NCBI GenBank assembly: GCA_963664195.1
Contig: OY760907.1
Location: 1,568,001 to 1,632,000 of the forward strand
Source: an uncultured candidate division Zixibacteria bacterium
Lineage (GTDB): Bacteria > Zixibacteria > MSB-5A5 > GN15 > FEB-12
Reading direction: 5' to 3'
DNA: 64,000 nucleotides
Shown: positions 50,864-60,287 of the stretch, piece after piece
How the letters are laid out: each line of letters opens with the position of its first letter
How positions within the stretch are numbered: the stretch's first letter is position 1
Notes under the pieces: generated by a model
What the model was told of the DNA's origin: nothing
Seen by the model: only the letters and a program-made list of their open reading frames with translations
Databases searched by the model: none
Program-made: the position numbers and the translations under genes

Positions 50864-51814
50864 ATGAATCACCAGGACCAACAGACGACCGAACTGCTTG
50901 AAACCCTGCATAACTGCACATGGTGTCCGCGGGAGTGCGCCGTAGATCGACGGTTCCCCGGCCACGGTGGGTTCTGCAACTCAGGCACCGGAATCAGCTG
51001 CTCGTCGGTCTGCAACCATGCGGGGGAGGAGCCGGTGATCTCCGGTCCTCGCGGGATTTGCAATGTCTTTTTCTCCGGCTGCAATCTTGAATGTGTCTTC
51101 TGCCAGAACTACCAGATCAGTCAGGCCACGGGTGACTACGGCGACATTTCTCAGCAGTTGCCGGATGTTGTTGCGCAGATCGAAGCGGTGCTGGCTGGCG
51201 GGGCCAAGGGCGTGGGGTTTGTGTCGCCGTCGCACGTTATTCCACAGATGAAGATCATTATGGCAGCGCTGGCCGAACGCGGCATCAGCCCGACCTTCGT
51301 ATACAACACCAACGGGTACGACAAGCCGGAGACGATCAGGTCGCTTGAAGGGCGCATAGATGTCTGGCTGCCGGATTTGAAATACGTCGACGAGCGTCTC
51401 GGGTGTGATTGTTCCGATGCGCCCGGTTATCCCGAGGTCGCCAAAGCGGCAATCAAAGAGATGTTCCGCCAGAAGGGATCGACCGTCCGGCTCGATGACG
51501 AAGGGTACATTGAGTCCGGGTTAATCATCCGCCACCTGGTACTGCCGGGAGCGGTCGAGAATTCAATAAACGTCATGCGCTGGATTGCCGGGGAGCTGTC
51601 CCCTTCGGTGCATGTCTCGCTTATGTCGCAGTATCATCCGACACGGCGGGTGATAGGGCATCCGACCCTCGGACGAACGGTGCGACCGGAAGAGTACAAT
51701 CAGGTGCTGGCCGAATTCGAACGCCTCGGATTCTATCGCGGTTGGGTGCAGGAACTTGACAGCGCGTCGAATTATCGTCCGGATTTTGATCGTGACCATC
51801 CTTTTGAAGAATAG
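50864..51814 (+). CDS. Radical SAM protein, PflX-like
   Basis: CTWCPREC, GEEPVISG, CNLECVFCQNYQISQ, LPDLKY, IIRHLVLPG, MSQYHP. Confidence 0.88.
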   Translation: MNHQDQQTTELLETLHNCTWCPRECAVDRRFPGHGGFCNSGTGISCSSVCNHAGEEPVISGPRGICNVFFSGCNLECVFCQNYQISQATGDYGDISQQLPDVVAQIEAVLAGGAKGVGFVSPSHVIPQMKIIMAALAERGISPTFVYNTNGYDKPETIRSLEGRIDVWLPDLKYVDERLGCDCSDAPGYPEVAKAAIKEMFRQKGSTVRLDDEGYIESGLIIRHLVLPGAVENSINVMRWIAGELSPSVHVSLMSQYHPTRRVIGHPTLGRTVRPEEYNQVLAEFERLGFYRGWVQELDSASNYRPDFDRDHPFEE

Positions 51815-51902
51815 TCAGTACAAACAAATCTTGGCATGGCACACACGGTGTGCTTTATTGCAGAGTCCGTAGGATACAGAATTTCACGATAGCGAGCACA
51901 TA

Positions 51903-52454
51903 ATGACCAATAAGAGTCGACGTAGCAGCAACTCCAATCGGAAGCGGCCCGGCACTGGTCGCCAGCCGGTTATCATCCTAGTCAGCACGTTGTTTCTGGC
52001 GGCGATTGCGTTCTTCCTGTTCAAGGTTGTCGGCTTGTCAGAACACGGTTCGGAACTTGACCGTTTGACTGCATTTGACGCTGAAGGTGACCTGACTTTT
52101 GTCGCGGCGCCAGGTGATACGATTGTGACGGTTGATATCGAAATCGCCGACACCGACGAGGACCGTCAGGTCGGTCTGATGTTCCGCAGGAAGTTTGGCG
52201 ATGATCAGGGAATGCTTTTCATTTTTCCCGATCAGAACGTGCGATCCTTCTGGATGAAGAACACAAAGCTCTCACTGGATATGCTCTTTGCAGACTCGAC
52301 CGGTTTGATTGTCACCATTCACGAAAGAACACAACCGCAAACCAGGAAGAATTACTTCAGCAAGCCGGCAGTATATGTCGTTGAGGTCAACGCCGGATTT
52401 GTCGAGAAGCACGGCATCGCAGTGGGCGACCGCATCGTCTGGCAGAGGAACTAG
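51903..52454 (+). CDS. DUF192 family protein
   Basis: EIADT...GLMFR...GMLFIF...FWMKNT...YVVEVNAG. Confidence 0.9.
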   Translation: MTNKSRRSSNSNRKRPGTGRQPVIILVSTLFLAAIAFFLFKVVGLSEHGSELDRLTAFDAEGDLTFVAAPGDTIVTVDIEIADTDEDRQVGLMFRRKFGDDQGMLFIFPDQNVRSFWMKNTKLSLDMLFADSTGLIVTIHERTQPQTRKNYFSKPAVYVVEVNAGFVEKHGIAVGDRIVWQRN

Positions 52455-52482
52455 TCGCTCCTGCCACTTCTGCTCTTACACA

Positions 52483-52914
52483 TCACGATTTCCAGTTAAC
52501 CAACTGCATACCGGGAGCGTTATCGGGGCGGGCAGCAAAACCGTGTTTCAGATAGAAGCTGGTCTGCCCTTTGGCGCAGAATAGCTGAATATCGGGGATG
52601 CCGTTGTTCTTGCATACGGCTACCAACTCGTTGAGGATGTAACTGCCGATTCCTTTGCCTTTGTAGTCGGGCAGAACAATCATTTCGACAATCAGCGCGT
52701 GCAGGATACCGTCGGAAATGATTCGACCAAACCCCACCAGATCGTGTCCGTCGTATGCAGCCATCATGAACCAACTGTGGTGGAGCGCATCGTAGACACG
52801 CTCCGGATCGAGTTGATAGGTTTCGTTCCAGCCGGTCGAATCGTACAGGGCGACATACTCCTCCATCTCGGGCACTGAGTGCGTGAAAGTCAGATCGTCG
52901 ATTGTCGTCATCAC
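52483..52914 (-). CDS. GNAT acetyltransferase
   Basis: LVGFGRIISDG, VLPDYKGKGIG, FYLKHGF. Confidence 0.88.
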   Translation of the reverse strand: MMTTIDDLTFTHSVPEMEEYVALYDSTGWNETYQLDPERVYDALHHSWFMMAAYDGHDLVGFGRIISDGILHALIVEMIVLPDYKGKGIGSYILNELVAVCKNNGIPDIQLFCAKGQTSFYLKHGFAARPDNAPGMQLVNWKS

Positions 52915-52950
52915 GTTGTCACCCCTTTCCGGATCGTGACCGAACCACGG

Positions 52951-53907
52951 TCAGCATTTCTTTTCGTAATAGACCCACTGCGGCTGAGGCTGGAAACCCA
53001 GTCGATTGTTGACGGCCAGCATGGGCGCGTTCTCCACGTCGTTGAGAGTCTCAATCAATGGATGCCCTCTCTTTTTCGCAAGCGCGATAACACGTGCCTT
53101 CAGGGCCAAGGCGATGCCGCGACTGCGATATTCGGACCTGACTCCGGTGAGGTACTGCTTGAGCGTATTGTCTGCGGCGTTTAGCCCGACAAAACACATG
53201 CCGACATAACGATCCCCGTCGAGTGCGACCGTGAAGAAGTCGTGCAGCAGGTCGGGTCGGCCCAGGCCGTCTTTGACGAATGTATCGAAATCGACGTTGT
53301 CAAAGTTGTCCTCTCCGGGAATGTCGCGGCAGACGTCCTTCTCCAGTTCAAACAGCTTCCGATTGCGGTCCGGGTCGGACTCCAGTTCGGGGAAAGCCGT
53401 GAACCGGATACCCTCGGAGGTGAGTTTCTTTTCAAGCTCCTCGTACGGTGTGAGGTCGCAGGCGTTCACATCGAGATGGGCGGAACCGAGCCTGAGAGCC
53501 TCCGTGAAGCCGCGCTTTTCAGCAAACTTCATCGAGTCCGGTTCTTCCTCGTAAGCGGAACAGCGAAAGAGAATCGGGTCGAAGGCTGTGACTTCGGACA
53601 CGGTTGTGTCGTAGAGAGTCGAGCCGATGCCGCGTTTGCGGTAGTTACGGGCGACCACGATGGCCAGGTCGAACTTCTGCGGATGGTATATCCACGGATG
53701 CTGCCAGTAGCCGCCGTAGCCGACGAGTGAGCCGTCCTGTTCGACCACCCAGCGTTTGAACTTGCACTTCGGCGCGCCCTGCCGGTCGAGGAACGAGAAC
53801 TCCTCAAGCGTGTACGCAGGCCTGGGATACGAGGCGTTCCTGATCTCCAGTACCGCCGGGTAATCGTCTTCGATGAACGGTCTGATGTTGAATTCGCTCA
53901 ACTGCAT
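52951..53907 (-). CDS. Tandem-domain GNAT acetyltransferase
   Basis: YRKRGIG and TGVRSEYRSRGIALALK, NAPMLAVNNRLGF. Confidence 0.88.
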   Translation of the reverse strand: MQLSEFNIRPFIEDDYPAVLEIRNASYPRPAYTLEEFSFLDRQGAPKCKFKRWVVEQDGSLVGYGGYWQHPWIYHPQKFDLAIVVARNYRKRGIGSTLYDTTVSEVTAFDPILFRCSAYEEEPDSMKFAEKRGFTEALRLGSAHLDVNACDLTPYEELEKKLTSEGIRFTAFPELESDPDRNRKLFELEKDVCRDIPGEDNFDNVDFDTFVKDGLGRPDLLHDFFTVALDGDRYVGMCFVGLNAADNTLKQYLTGVRSEYRSRGIALALKARVIALAKKRGHPLIETLNDVENAPMLAVNNRLGFQPQPQWVYYEKKC

Positions 53908-53930
53908 TTCCTTCTTGATTTCGTGTCTCG

Positions 53931-54506
53931 TCAGGACCAGTCAGCCCGATCGTATTCCTCTCGCAACATGCCGTACCAGATGGCATCAACACTCTCACCG
54001 TTGATTATCTGGTCCTGACGATGCACGCCCTCTTGCACACAGCCGAGGCTTTCCTGAAACTTCATCGAACCCTCGTTGCCGCTGTGCGTGGCGGAACGAA
54101 GTTTCCGCAGGCCAAGATCCTCGAACGCATGGCAAAGCACGAGCTTTGCCGCCTCGGTGCCATACCCCTGCCGCCAGTATTCCTGCGGAACCACAAGACC
54201 CCACTCGGCAGTTCGGTCTTCCTGTCGGATACTAAAAAGCACGATACGTCCCAATTGCTTGCCGGTTTCATTGTGAATCATGCTCAGGGTTTCCGCGTCC
54301 TTCGACGTGATCCGTGACTCAAACTGCTTGCGGGTTGACTCGCGCTCCAAGGCCCGGTAAGTCAGACCGCCGAGGTATTGTAGTTCACGGTCCATTTCCC
54401 ATTTGTAGTAGTTGTCGAAATCATCCATCGATTCCGGCGTGAGGAAGAGGCGTTCTCCCTCGAGAAAACGCACTCTCTTCAAATTCTTCTTGTCGGTGTC
54501 GTTCAC
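53931..54506 (-). CDS. RimJ/RimL-type GNAT acetyltransferase
   Basis: FLEGERLFL, YWRQGYGTEA, FEDLGLRKL, GCVQEG; GTG start overlaps the rsgA stop (GTGA). Confidence 0.85.
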   Translation of the reverse strand: MNDTDKKNLKRVRFLEGERLFLTPESMDDFDNYYKWEMDRELQYLGGLTYRALERESTRKQFESRITSKDAETLSMIHNETGKQLGRIVLFSIRQEDRTAEWGLVVPQEYWRQGYGTEAAKLVLCHAFEDLGLRKLRSATHSGNEGSMKFQESLGCVQEGVHRQDQIINGESVDAIWYGMLREEYDRADWS

Positions 54507-55612
54507 TTGCCGAGACCTTTCTTTCTCAATTCCTCCCTGCCTTTCTGGACCTGGGATATGTATTTCTGCCACTCGCGTTCCTGTTGGCGTCGTGCTCCTT
54601 CGTCTTTACGTCGCTCCAGGTGGGCAAGTTCCTTCTGCAGTTTCAGATAGTTGTTCCAGCGTTTCGGGTCCAGTGTGCCCTCATCGAGTGCGGCCTTGAT
54701 CGCGCAGCCGGGTTCCGAGTTGTGGCCGCAGTCGGTGAAACGGCATTGAGTCATGATTTCCTCAACATCCTCGAACGTCTTCGAGAGACCGTCCCCCTCG
54801 TCCCACATCTTGAGACGGCGCATGCCGGGGGTGTCAATCAGAATACCGCCGCCGGGGAGCATGACCATTTCGCGATGCGTCGTGGTGTGTCGCCCCTTGC
54901 TGTCGTCGAGACGAATCCCACCCGTGTCCAGACGTTCCTCGCCGGCCAGGCTGTTAATCAGGGTCGATTTGCCGACACCCGACGAGCCAAGAAACGCCGC
55001 GGTCGACCCGGGCACGATATGTCTCCAGAGAGCGTCGAGGCCTTCGCCCGTCACCGCGCTTACGGCGTGGATCGGTACACCGAAGGCTACGCCCTCAACG
55101 TCACCAATGTGGCCCTCAACGTCATCGCAGACATCGGCCTTGTTCAGGACAACCACCGGGGTGGCTCCGGAATCCCAGGCCGCCGAAAGAAACCGCTCGA
55201 TACGACGAAGATTGAAATCCTTGTCGAGTCCCGAGACGAGAAAGACGGTGTCGACATTTGCTGCCAGCACCTGCTCATCGATTTTGCCATCTGTGTCCGG
55301 CATGCCGCCGGAAAGCACGGCGCGACGAGAGAAGGCACCCTTGCGGGTAACGAGACCGTGGATGGTCGCAGCTCCTTCGTTGGGACGGGCGCTGATAGCC
55401 ACCCAGTCACCGACTGTCGGGAAGTCGGCCCGCGAGACGTTTCGGTGCATCATCTTCCCGGAGACTTCGGCGATCAACTCACCGTCCTCCGAGAGGACGT
55501 GATACAGGTTTCTGTGTTGCAGGCTCACTCGTGCGGGAGTGAACCCCTGTTCTTTGTAAGAGGCGAACTGCGCCTCAAAAAACTCATTCCAACCGTATTC
55601 GGAAAGATTCAT
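54503..55612 (-). CDS. rsgA: Ribosome small subunit-dependent GTPase A
   Basis: PTVGDWV, G4 NKAD, G1 GSSGVGKS, GRHTTT, DTPG, Zn finger CRFTDCGHNSEPGC. Confidence 0.94.
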   Translation of the reverse strand: MNLSEYGWNEFFEAQFASYKEQGFTPARVSLQHRNLYHVLSEDGELIAEVSGKMMHRNVSRADFPTVGDWVAISARPNEGAATIHGLVTRKGAFSRRAVLSGGMPDTDGKIDEQVLAANVDTVFLVSGLDKDFNLRRIERFLSAAWDSGATPVVVLNKADVCDDVEGHIGDVEGVAFGVPIHAVSAVTGEGLDALWRHIVPGSTAAFLGSSGVGKSTLINSLAGEERLDTGGIRLDDSKGRHTTTHREMVMLPGGGILIDTPGMRRLKMWDEGDGLSKTFEDVEEIMTQCRFTDCGHNSEPGCAIKAALDEGTLDPKRWNNYLKLQKELAHLERRKDEGARRQQEREWQKYISQVQKGREELRKKGLGK

Positions 55613-55820
55613 TGTTCTAAATCCCAAGCAATTCAACTCGTGGTTGTGGCCGGTCGACGGACTTAGCTTTCGTGCGTCATTGTCGACAGACCTCTATCCT
55701 GAGAGTTCCGGCGGTGCTAGTCGCGCGGATCATCCCGGTTTTGGCCGGTGTTGCGATAGCCGTTCGTGGTGTTATGTTCGGACGGCTCGCAGCGGCGCAT
55801 TGCGCTTGCGGGTTCCGTCT

Positions 55821-55857
55821 GAAAAGAAAAAACGGTCACCCGCTGGGGGAGACCGTT
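55821..55857 (-). terminator. Attenuator terminator in the rsgA leader
   Basis: AACGGTCTCCCCCAGCGGGTGACCGTT followed by TTTTCTTTT. Confidence 0.75.
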
Positions 55858-55882
55858 ATGACTTCACACTCTCAGAGTGAGT

Positions 55883-55948
55883 TCAGCGGCGATTCTCTCC
55901 CGGGCGCAATACGACCCTGGCCAGTTTGGCTTCTTTTGTCCTGAGCAT
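55883..55948 (-). CDS. Putative leader peptide MLRTKEAKLARVVLRPGENRR
   Basis: AAGGAGG (55953-55959) just before the ATG; stop lies 25 nt before the terminator stem. Confidence 0.6.
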   Translation of the reverse strand: MLRTKEAKLARVVLRPGENRR

Positions 55949-56002
55949 TACGCCTCCTTCCGTTGAACTCGTTGCGAGTTTGAATTCTATGATGTTGGGA
56001 GA

Positions 56003-56030
56003 AAGATAGGTGTTCTTGGAAATATGTCAA
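56003..56030 (-). promoter_or_regulatory. Sigma70 promoter of the leader-rsgA-GNAT operon
   Basis: TTGACA-N16-TATCTT. Confidence 0.6.
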
Positions 56031-56233
56031 GGGGGAAATGGGGGGGAGTGGTCTGGAGGGGCGACTTGACAATCGAGTCAGTCTGTCAAACTCGTTCGTG
56101 AGCTTGTCGAAGACTGCGTCTCTCGATTGGCTGATGGCCCATCCGCTTGCGCCCGCGAGTTGGGGCGTGGTTGGCTTCTAGAGAACGTGGTACCTGATTG
56201 GGCGAGTTTGTGCCCGACCGATGACATACGACA

Positions 56234-59200
56234 CTAAAGCGTTCGTTTTAGTGAATCAAGTCGCCCTAACGAGTCATAAGGCCAATGAAAGCTCGACTCC
56301 GTCTCCTCAATCCGCCGAATGGCCGCACGCAATAATGCTTCTGCATCTGGCAGTACGGTAGCCTCGTATACGCCCTTGTAGTATCCATCCATGTAGATTA
56401 GTGCCTTGTTGTTCAGTAGCAAAGGATGGTCATGAAAATGTTTGTACTTGCTTCTGTTGGCACGATGTATTGCTATATTAATCTCCTTCTCAGCTAGATC
56501 AAACTGCCCGGTTACTTCCTTTAGGTACGTTGAATACCACGCTCTAACAATTGGCTCATCTGGCCACAATCTAAGGCTTGTTTCGAATAACTCCTTTATC
56601 AGACTTGTATCTATAGTCTCATCACCTTGGTACCAACTATTGTATAACGACCTGGCATAGTTCGCTTTGTATAACGCATTTAGAAGCTTATCCGATTTGA
56701 TGTTTGTGCCTTTGATCTGGTCTTCTAGCTCCAGCTCATCTATTGTACGGTTGTCCTGCAATGCTGCTGATAGTCTTCTTCTAATCGCATTAGCGTATTC
56801 CTTTGAGTGCAATCCCTTCCTTGCTTTCCAAAAGAAAGGACCTGGTCTAAGATCGCTAACCACGTAGTCTGGAAGAACCTGATCATCTGCCAGACTCAAG
56901 TATTCTAGTTGATTCCTTGCCCCGGCGTAGTTATCCATTTTCCTTTGCAGAGCCATATCATGTGGAACCAAAGAGGCTGCCTTTTCATATAATGTGCCAG
57001 CTTCTCTAAAAGACTTGATATCGCCAAGTGAAAGTAGATACGCACAGTCTATTAGGTTCTTTGCGTCTTCTGGTGCTGCATCAACGGCTTGTCTTGCATG
57101 CAGGCTACATTCCTTGTTTCTCCCTAGGTTTAGATAGGCCCATGACTTTTGACGCAAGCAGAATGCCCAAGTACTATCAACTGTCAACGCTTTATCGAAC
57201 ATCCCGATGCCTGCTAAATCATCTCCAAGCACATCTTTTTTAAGAAGGCCGTAAGCTGCGTAAAGATGCTTCAGGATACTCCTATCGAAGCGTCCATGTT
57301 CGACTACACTTATCGTGTGCTCAAAGAAATCCGAGATGAGCTGTTTATCTGCAAGTAGACGATACAGTTGCTTTTCAAAGCCATACCGGGTGAACCAATC
57401 GACTAGCAAACCGAATTCTATAGACTGTGTCGGATCAACTCGCTCCACTACCGCATTCAACCCAGAAAGAATATGTGGCGGATCGTTGTATACGTATGAG
57501 AACAAGTATCTTGTCAATGCCGAGTGACGAATCTCGTATGTGTAACTGTTGGGGTCGACGTAAACAATACCTTCAAGCGCGTTTCTAATAGCTCTATTGG
57601 TTGCCGGCTGATTGTCTCCAGAAGCCTTCAACACAATAGAAACCGGAAGCTTCAAAGAAACAGATCCAAATAGACATACCACTGCATAAGCATTCTTGCC
57701 TTCTTCTAACGGAATCTGGTCATATTCATTTTCAACTATAGATGCAATGTGCTTGCCATATCTCAATGTCAGCAATGCGATAATGATCAATCTATCTCGC
57801 CTGTTTGAGCAAAGTAGCAGCCTATCTTCCTTTGGCAAAACGCATTTGACATCGACAATCTGTCGGTTTCTCTCAAATGTGATAGTTTTATCGGCCAATT
57901 GGGCTAACTCACTATCGTCAAGTTCACTTATAGAATACTCGAAGAACGCACCACCTACCTTTCGCCGTATCTCATTGGCCCTTTCGAGAAAGTTCCATTT
58001 GTTCGCCTGTTCAGAGAAAACCAACAATACCTTTTGCCTCGAATCATTGGCTACCTCAAAAACCCTTGATGGCACGATGTCGTGATTGTTCAGGCATTCT
58101 GCATCATCAAAAATAATCATGACCGGATCATTGGCTGATTCAAGCAAGTTACTTACTTGCGACGAAATTGTGACAGTTGGTTGCCTAGAATTATTGAACT
58201 CGAAGATACTACAGTCACCATATGCTTCTGAAACAAGCCTCTTCAGTAATGTTGTCTTGCCAGCACCGTTTTTTCCTTTGATTGAGCAAAACAGGGCTTC
58301 GTTCTTGTCCTGTTCAATAAACCTCTCAACTAGTTGTTTTATCCCGTTTCTCTCTGTGTATGTGGTTCTCTGGATGTCGTACCCATTCTGAATATCCTCA
58401 TATCGACATGGCATGCCATTGTAGAATGAATCGGCCTTGTGATCCGCGAGTCCACCGGTATCAATGACTATCCTGTCAAACGAAGGAAAGCCATTTGGCG
58501 CGTTTGGTTCTGTTTTGGAGGATGATTCCCTCCTTATTATCTTTCTCCGCGTGAAAAGTGGATGCCACGAATAACTAGGCTCGCTTTCACTCTCAACACC
58601 TGCCCAAATAATCGGCAATGTGTTGTTAGGAGTGTTGTGGTGGAAAGCAAGAAGAGCTTGCGAATCATCGTATCCCAATGGATGGGTGGGATAGAGTTTT
58701 TCGCCGTACTTTTCGCACAGTCGTCTAACAGCCGCCCGCTCTACGTTGTCGAATACTTGTGATTGTTGATGGAAAGCCGAATCAGCGTCTGACAATCGTT
58801 CGCCTACAAAAATCTCCTCATACAATTCACTCCCTTTCACTTTTGTTACACCGTCTGTGAAACCAAAGACTGCCGCATAGTATGGTTTTCGCCGTAGACT
58901 GCCACATCTGTCCTTTGCGAATGCGATTGCCTGGTTCCCAGAACCAATCATATCATCGAAGAAGACAATAGATTTGTCCGTGTAATTCCGGAAGTCATCG
59001 AATGGAAAGTTGTCATCTTTAACAGCCCACCCTAGTTCCTTGGAATAGGTGTACAAATACATGCTGCCACTTGAATTAGAACTGGAGCCGAGGGGGAAGA
59101 AAAGTACATCGCTGAAGTCGTTGTCGAACTGTTTTATCAGGTTACCAACAAGAATCTTCACAATATCAGCTATATCATTGTCGTCTTTGAACTGGATAGA

Positions 59201-59368
59201 TTGAGCCACCCTAAGGGCGAGCAACACTTCCTCACTCGTCTCAAAGTTGCCAAGCCATTTTTCAAGTAGGATGCATTTCTCATCTATTCGTTTTGAGGCA
59301 ACACCCCAATCTCTAACCACTTCCCGCATCTTTGGCTTCAGTTCTCGAATTGTCGAGTTTTTATGCAT
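56234..59368 (-). CDS. PRTase-CE-like effector + STAND P-loop NTPase + TPR protein (Avs-like)
   Basis: SIVFFDDMIGSGNQA and PLGYDDSQALLAFHHNTPNNTLPIIW; FYNG..YEDI; GKNGAGKTT; IIFDDAE; helical TPR-like C-terminus; visibly AT-rich. Start uncertain (59395/59368/59329). Confidence 0.8.
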   Translation of the reverse strand: MHKNSTIRELKPKMREVVRDWGVASKRIDEKCILLEKWLGNFETSEEVLLALRVAQSIQFKDDNDIADIVKILVGNLIKQFDNDFSDVLFFPLGSSSNSSGSMYLYTYSKELGWAVKDDNFPFDDFRNYTDKSIVFFDDMIGSGNQAIAFAKDRCGSLRRKPYYAAVFGFTDGVTKVKGSELYEEIFVGERLSDADSAFHQQSQVFDNVERAAVRRLCEKYGEKLYPTHPLGYDDSQALLAFHHNTPNNTLPIIWAGVESESEPSYSWHPLFTRRKIIRRESSSKTEPNAPNGFPSFDRIVIDTGGLADHKADSFYNGMPCRYEDIQNGYDIQRTTYTERNGIKQLVERFIEQDKNEALFCSIKGKNGAGKTTLLKRLVSEAYGDCSIFEFNNSRQPTVTISSQVSNLLESANDPVMIIFDDAECLNNHDIVPSRVFEVANDSRQKVLLVFSEQANKWNFLERANEIRRKVGGAFFEYSISELDDSELAQLADKTITFERNRQIVDVKCVLPKEDRLLLCSNRRDRLIIIALLTLRYGKHIASIVENEYDQIPLEEGKNAYAVVCLFGSVSLKLPVSIVLKASGDNQPATNRAIRNALEGIVYVDPNSYTYEIRHSALTRYLFSYVYNDPPHILSGLNAVVERVDPTQSIEFGLLVDWFTRYGFEKQLYRLLADKQLISDFFEHTISVVEHGRFDRSILKHLYAAYGLLKKDVLGDDLAGIGMFDKALTVDSTWAFCLRQKSWAYLNLGRNKECSLHARQAVDAAPEDAKNLIDCAYLLSLGDIKSFREAGTLYEKAASLVPHDMALQRKMDNYAGARNQLEYLSLADDQVLPDYVVSDLRPGPFFWKARKGLHSKEYANAIRRRLSAALQDNRTIDELELEDQIKGTNIKSDKLLNALYKANYARSLYNSWYQGDETIDTSLIKELFETSLRLWPDEPIVRAWYSTYLKEVTGQFDLAEKEINIAIHRANRSKYKHFHDHPLLLNNKALIYMDGYYKGVYEATVLPDAEALLRAAIRRIEETESSFHWPYDSLGRLDSLKRTL

Positions 59369-59464
59369 CGGAGTTTCCTTGATACTGTTGTACACAATTA
59401 CTCATAGCACCAAACAATGATTCGATGGTTTCTGCATAAGACACCTTCATTTGTCCACAACAGA

Positions 59465-59740
59465 TCATTCACGTGGCTCTTGAGACCCTTGTCGCTTCAG
59501 CTGACGTCATGGGCGTCGATCATTTCGCCCTCCCACGTCCTTGTGGCTCAGAAGCTCCTGAACGATTCGGATGTCGCAGCCGCTCTCCAGCCGTTGCGTG
59601 GTTAACGAATGTCGAAAGGTGTGGCACGTGGCGAGCTTGGTCGGTTCCGCCTTTCTCACCGTCTTCTGGATGATCGACTCGTGGACGTGATGCCGTCCTC
59701 TCTCGTCGGTTCTTTCGTTCTTCCATCCGTTCCCGGATGG
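59465..59740 (-). pseudogene. intI: Decayed C-terminal fragment of an integron integrase
   Basis: Frame from 59740: [69 protein letters not shown], then a frameshift to MIDAHDV* (catalytic Tyr lost). Confidence 0.85.
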
Positions 59741-60287
59741 GGTTCGGCAACCTCCGAGACATGAGCGATACCACTATACACTATAAGAGCTACTAGGTCA
59801 AGTTTGTTGATTGCGAGTCCCCGGGAACGAGAGCCCTCTTTGCATCCCGCCCGTCCTCAGACGGTGGAAATCTGCTGGACAATGCGCGATCTAGAAACCC
59901 GGGGCAAGCCCACGGGCCACCCGATCACGGTCGGGTTTCGTAATCCACTGCTGGCCGTAACATGTCTTGGAGCTGGATACCCAGTTCATAGATCGGTTCA
60001 GGATAGTTCTTCAGGAGGAAATCCTGGCAAATAGTCCGCTAGCCCATCCGTCCACAGGCGGGATACAAAGGCTACCAGGACACAAACCCTGAAACCCAAC
60101 TCCTCTAAGTCCCGTATAGAAAACAGGTACAGGGAACTCAACACGTGACAGAAAAAACAAAACCGAACAGAAAGATCATCAACGTTACCGGCAAAGCTGT
60201 GCGCGGCGCGGCGGTGTGGACGGTCATGTTTCTCGCTATCGGTGTTCGAAGTGGGGGCGTTGACGGCCCGACAAAAGGACATAACAA

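Noticed and set aside
56113..56233. attC site after the STAND gene
   Set aside because: GCCAAC-like ends are present but there is no matching GTTRRRY and no long imperfect palindrome
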